Shown: positions 1 through 10,975 of the stretch, piece after piece | Numbering within the stretch: position 1 is the stretch's first letter | How the letters are laid out: every line of letters starts with the position of its first letter | DNA from: an uncultured Arcobacter sp. | Lineage (GTDB): Bacteria > Campylobacterota > Campylobacteria > Campylobacterales > Arcobacteraceae | Direction: 5' to 3' | Length of the DNA stretch: 64,000 nucleotides | Assembly (NCBI GenBank): GCA_965140705.1 | Contig: OZ223302.1 | Span: 128,001-192,000, forward strand | The notes under the pieces: generated by a model | Seen by the model: only the letters and a program-made list of their open reading frames with translations | Told to the model about the DNA's origin: nothing | Database searches by the model: none | Translations under genes and position numbers: made by a program

Positions 1-1181
1 TCATCTTGGGCATTTAATATATCTATAAAAGTCCTTGTCCCTGCTGAAAATTGCTCTTTATATATATCTACTATATTTGTATTAGCTTTTACATATTCTT
101 CTACTTCTGATATTCTTTCTTTATATTTCTCATTTTTCCCATACAGTGATTTTACATTTGAAACTATTTCACCTGTGATATCATCTAGATTCTTTTTTTG
201 TTCATTTAAAAATATTCTCTCTTGTTCTGTTGCTACTTTATCTTTGTTCCCATTATACAAGTTCCAGTTAAAATTCAATCTTGCTGCAATATTTTTTGTT
301 GTTCCATCTCCTAACAAATCTAAATCTTTATCCAATGAGGCTCTTAGTTCTAAGTTTAATTTAGGCAGAAATTCACCTTTTGCTTGTACTATTTTCTCTC
401 TTTGTGCTTTTATCTTTTCTATTTGTTCTTTTATTTTACTATTATTTAATATTGCTCTTTTGATAGCTTCTTCTAATGTTTTTGGTATCTTTGTCTCATC
501 TATTACAGGTCTACACATTTTACCTTTTGGTTTTACACCTACATATCTTGTATATGATGCGATTGCTGTATCTTTTTGATCTTCTTCATCTATATATTTG
601 TTTTTTACTAAATGCAATTTTGATGATACTTGATAGGTCTCTAATATCTCTCCACTTATCTTCTCATTCTCTTTTGCTATTGTCATATTATCTTCATTTA
701 GTTTTACCATATTTTTGGTAACTCTTAATCTCTCATCACTTTTTACTAAATCCGTATATACTTTTACTGCTTCTAGTACTGTTGATTCTATTGTATCAAA
801 GCTTCTATATCTATTTGACAAATCCTCATATTTTGATTGTGCTACTTGTGATGGTGTTATCCCTCCATCATACAAATATTGTTTTAATATTACTGTTGCA
901 ACATATCCATCTTGTTTTGTCCATTGCCCATCTGTACTTGAACTCTTCCTATCCTTATTATCTTTTGAACTCTCTAAGTATGTCTGTAAATCTACTGTTG
1001 GCAGATAATTACCCTCTCGGTCATCTACATATTTACTGTACCCTTTTTGTTGTTGCAATTCTGCTTGAATAGTAGGATTATCGACCATTACAGTTGACAC
1101 TGTATCTTTTAGACTTACGGCATTTGAATTTGAGTTTATAATTAGCATTGTAATTAAAAACAAAAAGAATTTATTTTGCAA
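1..1181 (-). CDS. TolC-family outer membrane efflux/type I secretion channel (3' end runs off the window)
   Basis: Not in the ORF track. Manual translation: TTG at 1181 after AAGGAAA gives MQNKFFLFLITMLIINSNSNAVSLKDTV (signal peptide-like). The same frame at the window edge reads FSAGTRTFIDILNAQD, the TolC GxRTxxDxLNA motif. Confidence 0.85.
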   Translation of the reverse strand, partial: MQNKFFLFLITMLIINSNSNAVSLKDTVSTVMVDNPTIQAELQQQKGYSKYVDDREGNYLPTVDLQTYLESSKDNKDRKSSSTDGQWTKQDGYVATVILKQYLYDGGITPSQVAQSKYEDLSNRYRSFDTIESTVLEAVKVYTDLVKSDERLRVTKNMVKLNEDNMTIAKENEKISGEILETYQVSSKLHLVKNKYIDEEDQKDTAIASYTRYVGVKPKGKMCRPVIDETKIPKTLEEAIKRAILNNSKIKEQIEKIKAQREKIVQAKGEFLPKLNLELRASLDKDLDLLGDGTTKNIAARLNFNWNLYNGNKDKVATEQERIFLNEQKKNLDDITGEIVSNVKSLYGKNEKYKERISEVEEYVKANTNIVDIYKEQFSAGTRTFIDILNAQD

Positions 1182-1222
1182 AGTATTTCCTTTTAAATTA
1201 ACTTAAAATAATAAAGTTTGTT

Positions 1223-1228
1223 ATTATA
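1223..1228 (-). promoter_or_regulatory. Putative sigma70 -10 box upstream of the TolC gene
   Basis: GCTATAAT on the minus strand about 40 bp upstream of the TTG start; AT-rich background lowers specificity. Confidence 0.4.
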
Positions 1229-1405
1229 GCTTAATTATTTCAATAAATTACTGATTTATTACATAAATTTTAGAATTAATAAGTTTTATAATTATTTATT
1301 ATAATTATGATTACTTCTTATTTTATAATTAAAAAATTAATTTAATTATTTTAAAGTATAAAGAAAATTAGTGTCAGAGTAGTATCAAAGCATATGGAAA
1401 ACTAA

Positions 1406-3865
1406 TTATTTTCTATATGGCTTGAAAATAATTAGTAATCTTGGAAGAAGAAGTAAGGCAGAACATAACATTGCAATCATAACAATTACAGTTAATAATC
1501 CAAAATAAATAGTTGGAATAAGGTTTGATAAAACTAATATAGAAAAACCAAGTACTACTACTAAGGTAGTATAATACATAGCATAACCAATACTAGCATG
1601 GGATCTTTTCATAGCTTGTATATAATCATGATCCACTTTAAACTCTTCTTTAAATCTATGTATATAATGTATTGTATCATCAACACCAATTCCTATACTA
1701 ATAGCTGCAATTGTTATTGTCATAATATCTAAAGGAATACCAAGCCAACCCATTATTCCAAATACAATACCAATAGGAACAACATTTGTAACTATGGCAA
1801 TAAGTGCAACTTTTATTGATCTAAACAAAACAATGAACATCAAAAATAAAATAGCAATTACAAATCCCAATGTTTTGATTTGAGAATTAAAAAGTGACTG
1901 AAGCATATTATTATATAAAACCATAAGACCAGTTACTTTGTAACTTGCTTCAGTTTGCGGAACTATTTCATTTAACTCTTTTTTTATCTTGATTAAAAAA
2001 TCGTTTCTTCTAAGATTTGGATTTGAATCTATTATTCTAAGACTAAATCTAGCCTCATTTTTTTTAATATCTATATAAGGAGACAATATTAGATTCTTGT
2101 ATTTTTCTGGCAATTTATTATATAAAAGGGCTAATTTAAAACCATCAAGAGGTTTACCTTTATTTAAAGTTTTACCTATTTTCAATAATGTTGCTAAAGA
2201 TTGAACATTACCTACTGCATCTAAACTCTCTAAATAATTATGCACTTTCATAATTAAGTTCATCTTATCTTCTGTAAACCAATATTGGGCATCATTTGAA
2301 GTTGATTCATACTCATCTTCAAAGGAGAAATCATCTGAAGAAGACTCTTTTTTAGGTTTCTTATCAACTTTAAAATCTAAGATAATATCTAATGGTGTTG
2401 TTCCACCAAGTTTTTTGTCAATTACTTCCATCCCTTTATAAATCTGAGTATCTTTTTTAAAATAATTAATAAAAGAATTTTCAACTTTTAATTTTGAAGT
2501 TCCAGTTAGACTAAAAACTATGATTAAAGCTGTCCCTATAAAAATATATTTTGATTTTTTCTCCACTATATATGAACTAAATGAAGTCAAAGAGGAATGG
2601 TTTTCAAGTTTTTTATGTGGTCTTTTTATCTCACTCATTATTAAAATTGCAGGGAAAACAATAAATGAAATAAGCAAAGACATTGCAATACCAGCACTCA
2701 TCATCCAACCAAGATTTATAACAGGAACAATTCCTGAAAATACTAAAGAACCAAAACCAGCAATAGTAGTAATAATTGCAAAAAATGAAGGATTTAATTT
2801 TGAAAGCATTGTATTTATTACTAATTTATATTGACTTGCATGTATAAATCTTCCACTTAACTCTCTATATCGCACTATTAGATGTAATACAATTGAAATA
2901 GTAATTATCAACTGCAAGGCAATAAAATTAGAAGAGATAACAGTGATTTCCCAACCAAACAGCCCAAGTATTCCAGAAGTTGCAATAACTGATAAAATAC
3001 AAATCAAGATAGGCAGAGTTATCCAAATGACTTGTCTAAATATTACCCATAAAACAACAATCAAAATAAATACAAGTGTAGTTCCATAAACTGCTAAATC
3101 ATCTTTTACAAAGCTAATAACATCATCAGCAATCATACTTGTTCCACCTAGGAAAAGTTTTGCTTGATTATCATATTTTTTTATTATTGCTCTTACATCT
3201 AAAATATTCTGATGTTCTGCTTCTCTTAATTTGTCTCTATATACTTTGAATTCATTTTTTACACGTTCTAGTTCAATAGCTTCAGCACTAGTGATAGTTC
3301 CATCTCTTTGTTTTTTTATTAGAGCATTTCTTTTATCTAAAAAGTTAAAGTATTTATCATCTCTAATTAAATTTATTACTATTGAGGTTGTTTTAAAATC
3401 ACTACTTACAAGAGCATTTTTATACAAAGGACTTGTAAGGAACTCTTTTTTTGCAAGTTTTTTATCCACATCTTTATCTTCTAAAAGATTTACTTTATCT
3501 ACAAGATCTTTTATTTCTCTTACAGGTGATTCAAGCATAGGAACAGTTAAAATTGATGTTACTGATTCTACTCTTGGAAGTTTTTCTAAGTCACTTGAAA
3601 TATCTCTTATCAAATCTAAACTACTTTTTGACAATAAATCATGTTTAGGAGTTACTGCTAAAACTAAAATATCCCTATTTTTATATCTTTTATTAACTTC
3701 TCTTGTTAATTTTAAGTCTTTGTCATTTTCTAAAAGTAGTGTTTCTGAAGAAGCATCAATTTGTAATTTAGTAGCATAATATCCTAAAAAAGATATTACC
3801 AATAAAAGAGCTACAAGAACTCTTTTAGGATTATTTAAAATAAATTTATCAAAAAATGATTTCAT
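1406..3865 (-). CDS. MMPL/RND-superfamily lipid transporter (HpnN/Cj1373-like)
   Basis: 819 aa with two repeats of TM + large periplasmic loop + TM bundle; GIGVDDTIHY and TTIAGFGSL RND/MMPL motifs. Confidence 0.9.
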   Translation of the reverse strand: MKSFFDKFILNNPKRVLVALLLVISFLGYYATKLQIDASSETLLLENDKDLKLTREVNKRYKNRDILVLAVTPKHDLLSKSSLDLIRDISSDLEKLPRVESVTSILTVPMLESPVREIKDLVDKVNLLEDKDVDKKLAKKEFLTSPLYKNALVSSDFKTTSIVINLIRDDKYFNFLDKRNALIKKQRDGTITSAEAIELERVKNEFKVYRDKLREAEHQNILDVRAIIKKYDNQAKLFLGGTSMIADDVISFVKDDLAVYGTTLVFILIVVLWVIFRQVIWITLPILICILSVIATSGILGLFGWEITVISSNFIALQLIITISIVLHLIVRYRELSGRFIHASQYKLVINTMLSKLNPSFFAIITTIAGFGSLVFSGIVPVINLGWMMSAGIAMSLLISFIVFPAILIMSEIKRPHKKLENHSSLTSFSSYIVEKKSKYIFIGTALIIVFSLTGTSKLKVENSFINYFKKDTQIYKGMEVIDKKLGGTTPLDIILDFKVDKKPKKESSSDDFSFEDEYESTSNDAQYWFTEDKMNLIMKVHNYLESLDAVGNVQSLATLLKIGKTLNKGKPLDGFKLALLYNKLPEKYKNLILSPYIDIKKNEARFSLRIIDSNPNLRRNDFLIKIKKELNEIVPQTEASYKVTGLMVLYNNMLQSLFNSQIKTLGFVIAILFLMFIVLFRSIKVALIAIVTNVVPIGIVFGIMGWLGIPLDIMTITIAAISIGIGVDDTIHYIHRFKEEFKVDHDYIQAMKRSHASIGYAMYYTTLVVVLGFSILVLSNLIPTIYFGLLTVIVMIAMLCSALLLLPRLLIIFKPYRK

Positions 3866-4455
3866 TAATTAGTTGTTTTAGTATTTAAAGTAAGCAATAA
3901 ATCTTTAAAACTTTTATCTTTCAAATATCCTGCAAACTGTTGTCTATAAGTTTGCATAATACTAACCCCTATAATATTTACATCATAAATTAGCCAATCA
4001 TCATTTGATTTTTTATAAAACTTGTACTCAATCTCATACTTATCATCTTTTCCAATTACGTATGTTATTAGTCTAATTCTTTTAGGATTTAGTTTATTTA
4101 AACTATCTATTTTTATTTTTTGATTTGTATAAAGATCTAGTTTATCAATATATGAGTTTTTTAATTTCTTTTCAAAAAGCTTTGTAAATTCAGCTTTTTC
4201 CTCACTTGATAAATTCTTCCAATCTTTCCCTAATGCAATTTGAGACATAACATTATAATCAAAAAGGGAATCCATAATAAAAAAAATTTTATCAGTTCTC
4301 TCTTTTAATGTTTTATCTTTTTGCTGTAAAATTTCTATAACATTATCTATCTTTTCTTGCATAACATCTTTTATTTTAGATTCTTCAATTGCAAATAAAC
4401 TCTTTGAAAGAATCAATAATGAGAAAACTAAAACTAAAAACTTATTACCTATCAT
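3865..4455 (-). CDS. mlaC: MlaC/Ttg2D periplasmic phospholipid-binding protein
   Basis: Signal peptide; FDYNVMSQIALGKDW and WLIYDVNIIGVSIMQTYRQQF are MlaC motifs; adjacent to mlaA. Confidence 0.88.
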   Translation of the reverse strand: MIGNKFLVLVFSLLILSKSLFAIEESKIKDVMQEKIDNVIEILQQKDKTLKERTDKIFFIMDSLFDYNVMSQIALGKDWKNLSSEEKAEFTKLFEKKLKNSYIDKLDLYTNQKIKIDSLNKLNPKRIRLITYVIGKDDKYEIEYKFYKKSNDDWLIYDVNIIGVSIMQTYRQQFAGYLKDKSFKDLLLTLNTKTTN

Positions 4456-4459
4456 TTAA

Positions 4460-5197
4460 CTATTCCTTAATCTCTTTTTCTCTTCTTTGTTCATAAATAT
4501 CTCTTAAAAATGGATATAAATCAATTGCATCTTTTTTAATATCTTGATATCGTCCAATATGAAAAGAGTTTTCATTTAAATATCGACCTGTTGCCCAATA
4601 AATAGTCTCTTCATCATTATTTGGAATTTTATATTTTAAATCATTATCTCCAAAATTATTTAAAGGAGAGACATATCCATCAGCAACCAATCCAAAAGTA
4701 TCTCTTAGATTTGAAGGCCCTAAAAAAGGTAAAACAAGTGGAAATCCAGAACCAACTCCATAAAAACCTAAAGTTTGTCCAAAATCTTCCTTATGTGCTT
4801 TCCAATGTAATTCAGTAGTCGCAGGATCCATAAAACCTAACAATCCAAAAGTACTATTTATTAAAAATCTACCTAACTCTTCTGCACTATTTGAAAACTT
4901 GAATTGTAATAAATTATTTACAAATCTAATAGGAAATAAAAGATTATCAAAAAAGTTTGAAACGCCAGTTCTAGCAACTTCTGGCACAACTTTTACATAG
5001 CCCCTTGTAACTGGATCAAATACATAAATATAAACTTTATCATTAAACGTTGTCATAACTCTATTGTATCCACTAAGGGGATCAAATACTTCTGCCTTTG
5101 GTTCACTAAATTCATTAGAAAAATCAACTGCTGTAGTATCATCAGATGCTAATGCAAAATTTAATAATAAAATTAAACTAAAAATAATCTTTTTCAA
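4460..5197 (-). CDS. mlaA: MlaA/VacJ family outer-membrane lipid asymmetry protein
   Basis: DPLSGYNRVMTTFND, RFLINSTFGLLG, EDFGQTLGFYGVGSG and LPFLGPSNLRD are MlaA motifs; TTG start. Confidence 0.92.
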   Translation of the reverse strand: MKKIIFSLILLLNFALASDDTTAVDFSNEFSEPKAEVFDPLSGYNRVMTTFNDKVYIYVFDPVTRGYVKVVPEVARTGVSNFFDNLLFPIRFVNNLLQFKFSNSAEELGRFLINSTFGLLGFMDPATTELHWKAHKEDFGQTLGFYGVGSGFPLVLPFLGPSNLRDTFGLVADGYVSPLNNFGDNDLKYKIPNNDEETIYWATGRYLNENSFHIGRYQDIKKDAIDLYPFLRDIYEQRREKEIKE

Positions 5198-5305
5198 ATA
5201 CCTATCCTATTCTTTTATATTATTTTGGGATTATATTATAAATTTCATAATTACTTCATAAAGTGACATATTTAATAATTATTTTTAATGATTTAAATTG
5301 AATTT

Positions 5306-7036
5306 TCAATTTAATTTGTGATTAAATTCAGGAACAATCTCTTTTAATACTTTTATTTTATCTTCACTTATTAAAAGCTCATCAATCTTTTTATTTAATA
5401 AATTTATATCAAATAGTGTAGAACTACCAACTGTAATTGACTCATAATCTGTATTTTTATCACTATCATTTATAAGTAGTTCTTCATATAACTTTTCACC
5501 AGGTCTTAAGCCACAAAATTCAATTTGTATATTCTCCCTACCACTTAGTTCTATCATCTTTTTAGCTAAATCAACTATTTTTATAGGCTCACCCATATCA
5601 AGAATAAATATTTCTCCACCTTTTCCTATACTTGCAGCTTGTAATACGAGTTCACAGGCTTCAGGTATGAGCATAAAATATCTAGTAATATCAGGGTGAG
5701 TCACAGTAATAGGACCACCTGATTCGATTTGTGATTTAAACTTAGGAATAACACTTCCACTACTACCTAAAACATTTCCAAATCGTACAGCTACAATTTC
5801 TGTAGAATTTGATTGAACATTTTGTGCATAAAGTTCACAAATACGCTTTGTAGTTCCCATAACATTTGTAGGACGTACTGCTTTATCAGTAGAAATTAGT
5901 ACAAATTTCTCAACCTCATATTTTATAGATAAATCTATGCAATTTTTGGTCCCTATTATATTATTTGATATTCCTTCTAAGATATTATCTTCCACTAATG
6001 GTACATGCTTATACGCTGCTGCATGAATCACTATTTGAGGCTTATATTTTTTAAAAGTATTTTCTATAAAACCAAAGTTTCTAACAGTTTGCATAACAGG
6101 AATAACAATATCTGAATTTAACTCTTCAGTTATTTGGTATAGATTAAATTCACTATGATCTAGTAAAATCAATTGTTTCGCACCAAACTTTTTACATTGT
6201 CTAGATATTTCACTTCCGATACTTCCACCAGCACCTGTGATTAATACTACTTTATCTTTTATGAAGTTTTCGATTTTATCTTTATCTAAATCTTTAGGAT
6301 GACGTGCAAGTAAATCCTCTACAGAGATGTCTTTTAACTGTGTAGAGTAGTCTTTTTCTTGTAATATTTCACTCAGAGATGGAAGTATTTTAATTGTTTT
6401 AAAATATGGACTTAATTCATCATAAATAAATTTTATTCTACTTTTACTTGCACTTGGCATTGCTATTACTAAAAGTTCATATTTTTGTCTTTGAATTATT
6501 TTTTTTAACTTAGCTTTAGAAAGTATTTGTATACCATCAATACTTCTCTTTTGAAGTGTTTTAGAATCATCAACAAAATATTTTATCAAATATTGGCTAT
6601 TTCTGTACTCTTCACCTAATTTTGTTCCAGCTTTTCCAGCACCATATATAACAACTCTTTTATCTTTTACTACTTTACATTTATTTATAAAATAGTTATA
6701 AGAATACATTAAAAAGTTTATAGAAAAAAGATACAAAAAAAGTTCACTAGCAAGAAGTGCAAATCTTACAATACCATAATATATTGGTAAGTAAACAACA
6801 AATGCTGCAAGATAAACAATACTTTTAATTAAGAATGTTCGTGTAGTAGATTTACTCCAAGATAAGGAATAATCTTTATAAATCAAAAATGAAGCAATAA
6901 TTCTTATACATATAACACCTATAATAATATTTATCTGTGCCTTTTGATGAAATATAAAAAAAGTCCAATAAAATGTAATAAAACTTAAAAAGATAATTAC
7001 TAAAATATTCAAAACTCTTTTATCTAAGATAAACAT
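5306..7036 (-). CDS. Membrane-anchored UDP-GlcNAc 4,6-dehydratase (PglF/WbpM/CapD family)
   Basis: N-terminal TMs, then GAGGSIGSEI, HAAAYKHVP, STDKAVRPTNVMGTTKR, VRFGNVLGSSGSV and GLRPGEKLYEEL. Confidence 0.93.
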   Translation of the reverse strand: MFILDKRVLNILVIIFLSFITFYWTFFIFHQKAQINIIIGVICIRIIASFLIYKDYSLSWSKSTTRTFLIKSIVYLAAFVVYLPIYYGIVRFALLASELFLYLFSINFLMYSYNYFINKCKVVKDKRVVIYGAGKAGTKLGEEYRNSQYLIKYFVDDSKTLQKRSIDGIQILSKAKLKKIIQRQKYELLVIAMPSASKSRIKFIYDELSPYFKTIKILPSLSEILQEKDYSTQLKDISVEDLLARHPKDLDKDKIENFIKDKVVLITGAGGSIGSEISRQCKKFGAKQLILLDHSEFNLYQITEELNSDIVIPVMQTVRNFGFIENTFKKYKPQIVIHAAAYKHVPLVEDNILEGISNNIIGTKNCIDLSIKYEVEKFVLISTDKAVRPTNVMGTTKRICELYAQNVQSNSTEIVAVRFGNVLGSSGSVIPKFKSQIESGGPITVTHPDITRYFMLIPEACELVLQAASIGKGGEIFILDMGEPIKIVDLAKKMIELSGRENIQIEFCGLRPGEKLYEELLINDSDKNTDYESITVGSSTLFDINLLNKKIDELLISEDKIKVLKEIVPEFNHKLN

Positions 7037-7998
7037 TATTCAAAAGCCTTTTTTTTATCTACAAAATATATACTAGCATACAAAAGAGTAAGAGATAGGA
7101 TAAATGCTATAAAAATATTTGAAACATAGTATACAATAACAAATAATAAAATATTGATAAAAATAGATGCTATTACTACTTTCCTATGACTCCATCCACT
7201 TTGAGTAAGTCTTTGATAAGCATGTTTTTTGTGTGCTTGACTTAGTTTTTCACCATTTTTCTTTCTTCTATAAAGTGTCAAAGTAGCATCAAACCAAAAA
7301 ACTCCAAATAAAATAATCCATACCCAGAAGTTTGTACTCTCTTTATTTGCATAATAAATAGTAAAAACAGCAATATTATAACCCAAAAGTGTACTTCCCA
7401 CATCACCCATAAATATCTTAGCTTTATGCCAGTTCCAAATTAAAAAACCAAATACTGCTACAGCTAAAACTAAAAAATGATTTCCACCAAACAAGGCAAA
7501 CCCAGCAAGGGCTAAAAATAAAACTTCACTTCCTGCATAACCATCAATACCATCCAAAAAGTTATAAAGATTTATAAACCAAATAATCATAAAAAAAGCA
7601 AAAACATTAGTAAAAATTTGATTATCTATTGAAAATAAGCCAAAATCAAGACTTCTAAGTCCATCTAAAACATATAAACCTAATAAAGCGACAAAAGATT
7701 GAACAATAAGTCTTAATTTTGCACTTAGTTCAAACAAATCATCAAAAAAACTAACCACAGAAATAATAATTCCAACTAAAAGTGCATAAAAAAGTGTTTG
7801 ATCAATCTGATTTGTAAAATATAAATAAATCAAACCAATAAACCAAGTTATTGCAATAGCAATACCTCCACCATGAGGGGTAGGAGTAGTATGAGAACTT
7901 CTATCATTTACATGAGCAACAAGAGATTTTTTAATAGCATAGTTCTTTATAAAAAAAGTATTTATAAATGAAAATAAAAATAATACAATATATTCCAA
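7036..7998 (-). CDS. Polyprenyl-phosphate HexNAc-1-P transferase (WbpL/WbcO, MraY-like), likely initiating transferase
   Basis: RSSHTTPTPHGGGIA, FFDD, NLYNFLDGIDG, IFMGDVGS and AHKKHAYQRL motifs; multi-TM. Confidence 0.9.
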   Translation of the reverse strand: MEYIVLFLFSFINTFFIKNYAIKKSLVAHVNDRSSHTTPTPHGGGIAIAITWFIGLIYLYFTNQIDQTLFYALLVGIIISVVSFFDDLFELSAKLRLIVQSFVALLGLYVLDGLRSLDFGLFSIDNQIFTNVFAFFMIIWFINLYNFLDGIDGYAGSEVLFLALAGFALFGGNHFLVLAVAVFGFLIWNWHKAKIFMGDVGSTLLGYNIAVFTIYYANKESTNFWVWIILFGVFWFDATLTLYRRKKNGEKLSQAHKKHAYQRLTQSGWSHRKVVIASIFINILLFVIVYYVSNIFIAFILSLTLLYASIYFVDKKKAFE

Positions 7999-8090
7999 TT
8001 AATAATCCCCTTTTCTAAATAAACAGATATTTTCATCAAATATAGTAAATTCCACATCATATACAATTAAATATATTTTCATTATAATTA

Positions 8091-8906
8091 TCAGCCTCTA
8101 TATTTGTAAATTAATTTTAAAATAGTAGTTGGCAACATTTTTATTGTGAGTACAATAAAGTTATAAATATAAAATTTGTAAGAAAATCCTAAATTATTTA
8201 CAATTTTATTTCTAAGTTTATATGTATCTAACAAATGCTTCAAATTCTTTCTTCTTGTTAATAATTCTATAGACAGTCTCACTCTTACTAAAGGTTCATT
8301 GATAGATGAAAACTTACATCCAGAAAGAAATCCGTTAAGCCATAACCATTGATCTTCATTTTTATTTGATTTAATATTATACATACCAGCCTTTTCAAAA
8401 AAACTTCTTCTGAAAAATGCTGTAACATGAGCTATAGCCGTTCGCCTTGAAAAACCATACTTAATATCACTATGAGTTACTGGGTATTGAACAAGCTTTT
8501 CCGTTCCTTCATCATAAAACTCTATAATATCGCTTCCACAAACATCAATATCTTGATGATTTTCCATAAATAAAAATTGCTTTTCTATTCTATCACTTCT
8601 ACAAATATCATCAGCATCCATTCTAACAAAATAATCATAATTTTTTTCAAAACCATTTTCAATTAACTCATTTAGTGAATATGCCAGCCCTTTATTTTTT
8701 TCTCTTTTTTTTAATACTGTTATCCTATTATTTAAGTACTCATACTCTAAATAGTCTTCGAGTTCATTTGGTAACTTACCATCACATTGAATATATATAT
8801 CAAAATCTTTGAAACTTTGACTATACAAACTTTCTAAAGATTCTTGTAAATATTCTAATTTATCATTTTTATATACTGACATTATTATTACAGTTTGAAT
8901 TTCCAT
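8091..8906 (-). CDS. Glycosyltransferase family 2 (AmsE-like)
   Basis: IMSVYKND start, NKGLAYSLN, RMDADD DxD motif. Confidence 0.88.
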   Translation of the reverse strand: MEIQTVIIMSVYKNDKLEYLQESLESLYSQSFKDFDIYIQCDGKLPNELEDYLEYEYLNNRITVLKKREKNKGLAYSLNELIENGFEKNYDYFVRMDADDICRSDRIEKQFLFMENHQDIDVCGSDIIEFYDEGTEKLVQYPVTHSDIKYGFSRRTAIAHVTAFFRRSFFEKAGMYNIKSNKNEDQWLWLNGFLSGCKFSSINEPLVRVRLSIELLTRRKNLKHLLDTYKLRNKIVNNLGFSYKFYIYNFIVLTIKMLPTTILKLIYKYRG

Positions 8907-8984
8907 ATACTTATATCCTTGTTATCTTATATAATAGTAAATTATAATCTCACTTTTAAAACTTTATACAATATACTAAACTTT

Positions 8985-10184
8985 TTAGTTAATTTTATTG
9001 ATTTTGGATTGTTCTATTTCATTGACCAATACACCAATTGAAATAAAAAAAATCATAGAAGATGGATACTTCAAAACAACTTGATAATGTGACATAGATA
9101 TGAAAAACATTATATACATAATTGAAAATTGAGAATACATTCTCTTAAATTTTAAGATTAAATAAACCAGTAAACTTAAAAAAACTATCATACTAAATAA
9201 TCCATATCTAAAAACTGCATTAAATAAATCAATTTCACTTAGTCCAAATATATTATAGTAACTGTTTTCTTGACCAGAACCAATAAATGAATATATTCCA
9301 TTTTCAAACAAACCACAAAATACTTTATTTAATGGGTCAATAATCATTGCATAAACATACCAATTTAACAATTCCTTAGTAAAAAAGAAATTTATAAAAG
9401 AAATAATACATACTGCAATACTAAAAAAAAAGATTAGTAAAAACATCACTTTCTGTTTAGTTAACTTAGTTTTTGTATACAAAGTTGTTCTTAAAGCAAG
9501 ATATATTAAAAACATCAAATAAGCAGTTTTTGAACCACTCAAAAAAATTGCTATCAACATAATAAATAATGTAATTTGAAAACTATATTTACTTAAAAAC
9601 TGTTTTGAATCATATAAAAAAGCGAAAATTACTACCAATAATGCCCCTGCAGCAGACGTATCAAACATTGGACCCCATGGTTTATTCGCCTGTCCAATAA
9701 AAGGATAATTTACATTTGGTGGATAAATATTTTGAGAACCAATACTTTCCAGGTAAGCTGATACTATCTCTTTAAGTTCTGGCACAAAATAATATAATAA
9801 AAATTCTATAATTATGTATAGAGAGTAAAATAAAGCAAAAGTCAATATATGTTTAGTAAAAATAGAAATATTATACTTTGTAATGCGTATGAAATAATAA
9901 ATAATAATAGGAACAACAACATACAAAATTAAAATTAATTGTACAGATAAACTACCTCGCATTGAATTTATAAATAAATTAATTAAAATAAAAATAAAAA
10001 ATAAAAATATCATAAAATCTATTTTATTTATTTTTAATGATTTACTTTTACAAGAATATATTTTTATCATCATTCCAATTAAAATTGGTGTTAAATTAAT
10101 AATATATATGATATCACCAAAAAATATCTTGCTTATTCTAACAAATATACTCAATATTAATGTTAAATTTATTAGATATTTCAT
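8985..10184 (-). CDS. wzy: Putative O-antigen/capsule polymerase Wzy
   Basis: 399 aa with about 10-11 hydrophobic segments, LSGSKTA and RYGLFS motifs, located among glycosyltransferases. Confidence 0.65.
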   Translation of the reverse strand: MKYLINLTLILSIFVRISKIFFGDIIYIINLTPILIGMMIKIYSCKSKSLKINKIDFMIFLFFIFILINLFINSMRGSLSVQLILILYVVVPIIIYYFIRITKYNISIFTKHILTFALFYSLYIIIEFLLYYFVPELKEIVSAYLESIGSQNIYPPNVNYPFIGQANKPWGPMFDTSAAGALLVVIFAFLYDSKQFLSKYSFQITLFIMLIAIFLSGSKTAYLMFLIYLALRTTLYTKTKLTKQKVMFLLIFFFSIAVCIISFINFFFTKELLNWYVYAMIIDPLNKVFCGLFENGIYSFIGSGQENSYYNIFGLSEIDLFNAVFRYGLFSMIVFLSLLVYLILKFKRMYSQFSIMYIMFFISMSHYQVVLKYPSSMIFFISIGVLVNEIEQSKINKIN

Positions 10185-10975
10185 TTTATATTTTTCAGAA
10201 TAATTTTTAATATATTTATAAATATATTAAAGATATAGCGAACTAGAGATATTTTTTCTTCATTCAACAATATAGAGTACAGATAAAAAGCTTTTCGGTA
10301 AGTTTTATCTGTTCCTCTATCTGATATAGAATTTATATCTACTCTATAATTTATCAAATTTTCATTTATAAGATACTCTTTTCTACCATAATATTTATTA
10401 TCTATCCAAAATGCCCAATCTTCCAATGCTATTAAGAATTTATTTTCTCGAAATTTTATATCAGAGTTATTTCGCATTAAAACAGTGTTAATATTTATAT
10501 AATTAGAAATGTATAAAATATTGATTGGTTGCATTACATACTTAAGCTTATTCAATGTTTTTTGATTATTAAATTGACCTGTTTGATTGCTTTGAGTATC
10601 TATTGTATAGGCAAATGAATGTACTATATCAATGTCACTATTATCTTCCAATATTTTAATCTGTTTCTCCAATTTTAACGAAAGCCAAACATCATCAGCA
10701 TCTAAAAAAGCAATATATTTACCTTTTGCATTTTCTATACCTACATTTCTAGGTCTTGCAGGTCCTCCACTATTGTATTTCAATAAAATAACTTTTATTC
10801 TTTCATCTTTAATACTTTTAACTATTTCAATACTATTATCAGTTGATTTATTATCTACGATAATCATTTCCCAGTTTTTATATGTTTGAGATAGAACACT
10901 TTGAATGGTTTCTAAAATATACTTTTGTGCATTATACATTGGTGTTATAACTGAAATAAGAGGTTCTTTACTCAT
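10181..10975 (-). CDS. Glycosyltransferase family 2
   Basis: ISVITPMYN, IVDNKSTD, GGPARPRNVGI, FLDADD. Confidence 0.92.
   Translation of the reverse strand: MSKEPLISVITPMYNAQKYILETIQSVLSQTYKNWEMIIVDNKSTDNSIEIVKSIKDERIKVILLKYNSGGPARPRNVGIENAKGKYIAFLDADDVWLSLKLEKQIKILEDNSDIDIVHSFAYTIDTQSNQTGQFNNQKTLNKLKYVMQPINILYISNYININTVLMRNNSDIKFRENKFLIALEDWAFWIDNKYYGRKEYLINENLINYRVDINSISDRGTDKTYRKAFYLYSILLNEEKISLVRYIFNIFINILKIILKNIK

Noticed and set aside
175..1072. Four short plus-strand ORFs in the track
   Set aside because: They are antisense shadows of the TolC gene on the minus strand, which the track missed because it lacks a stop inside the window.
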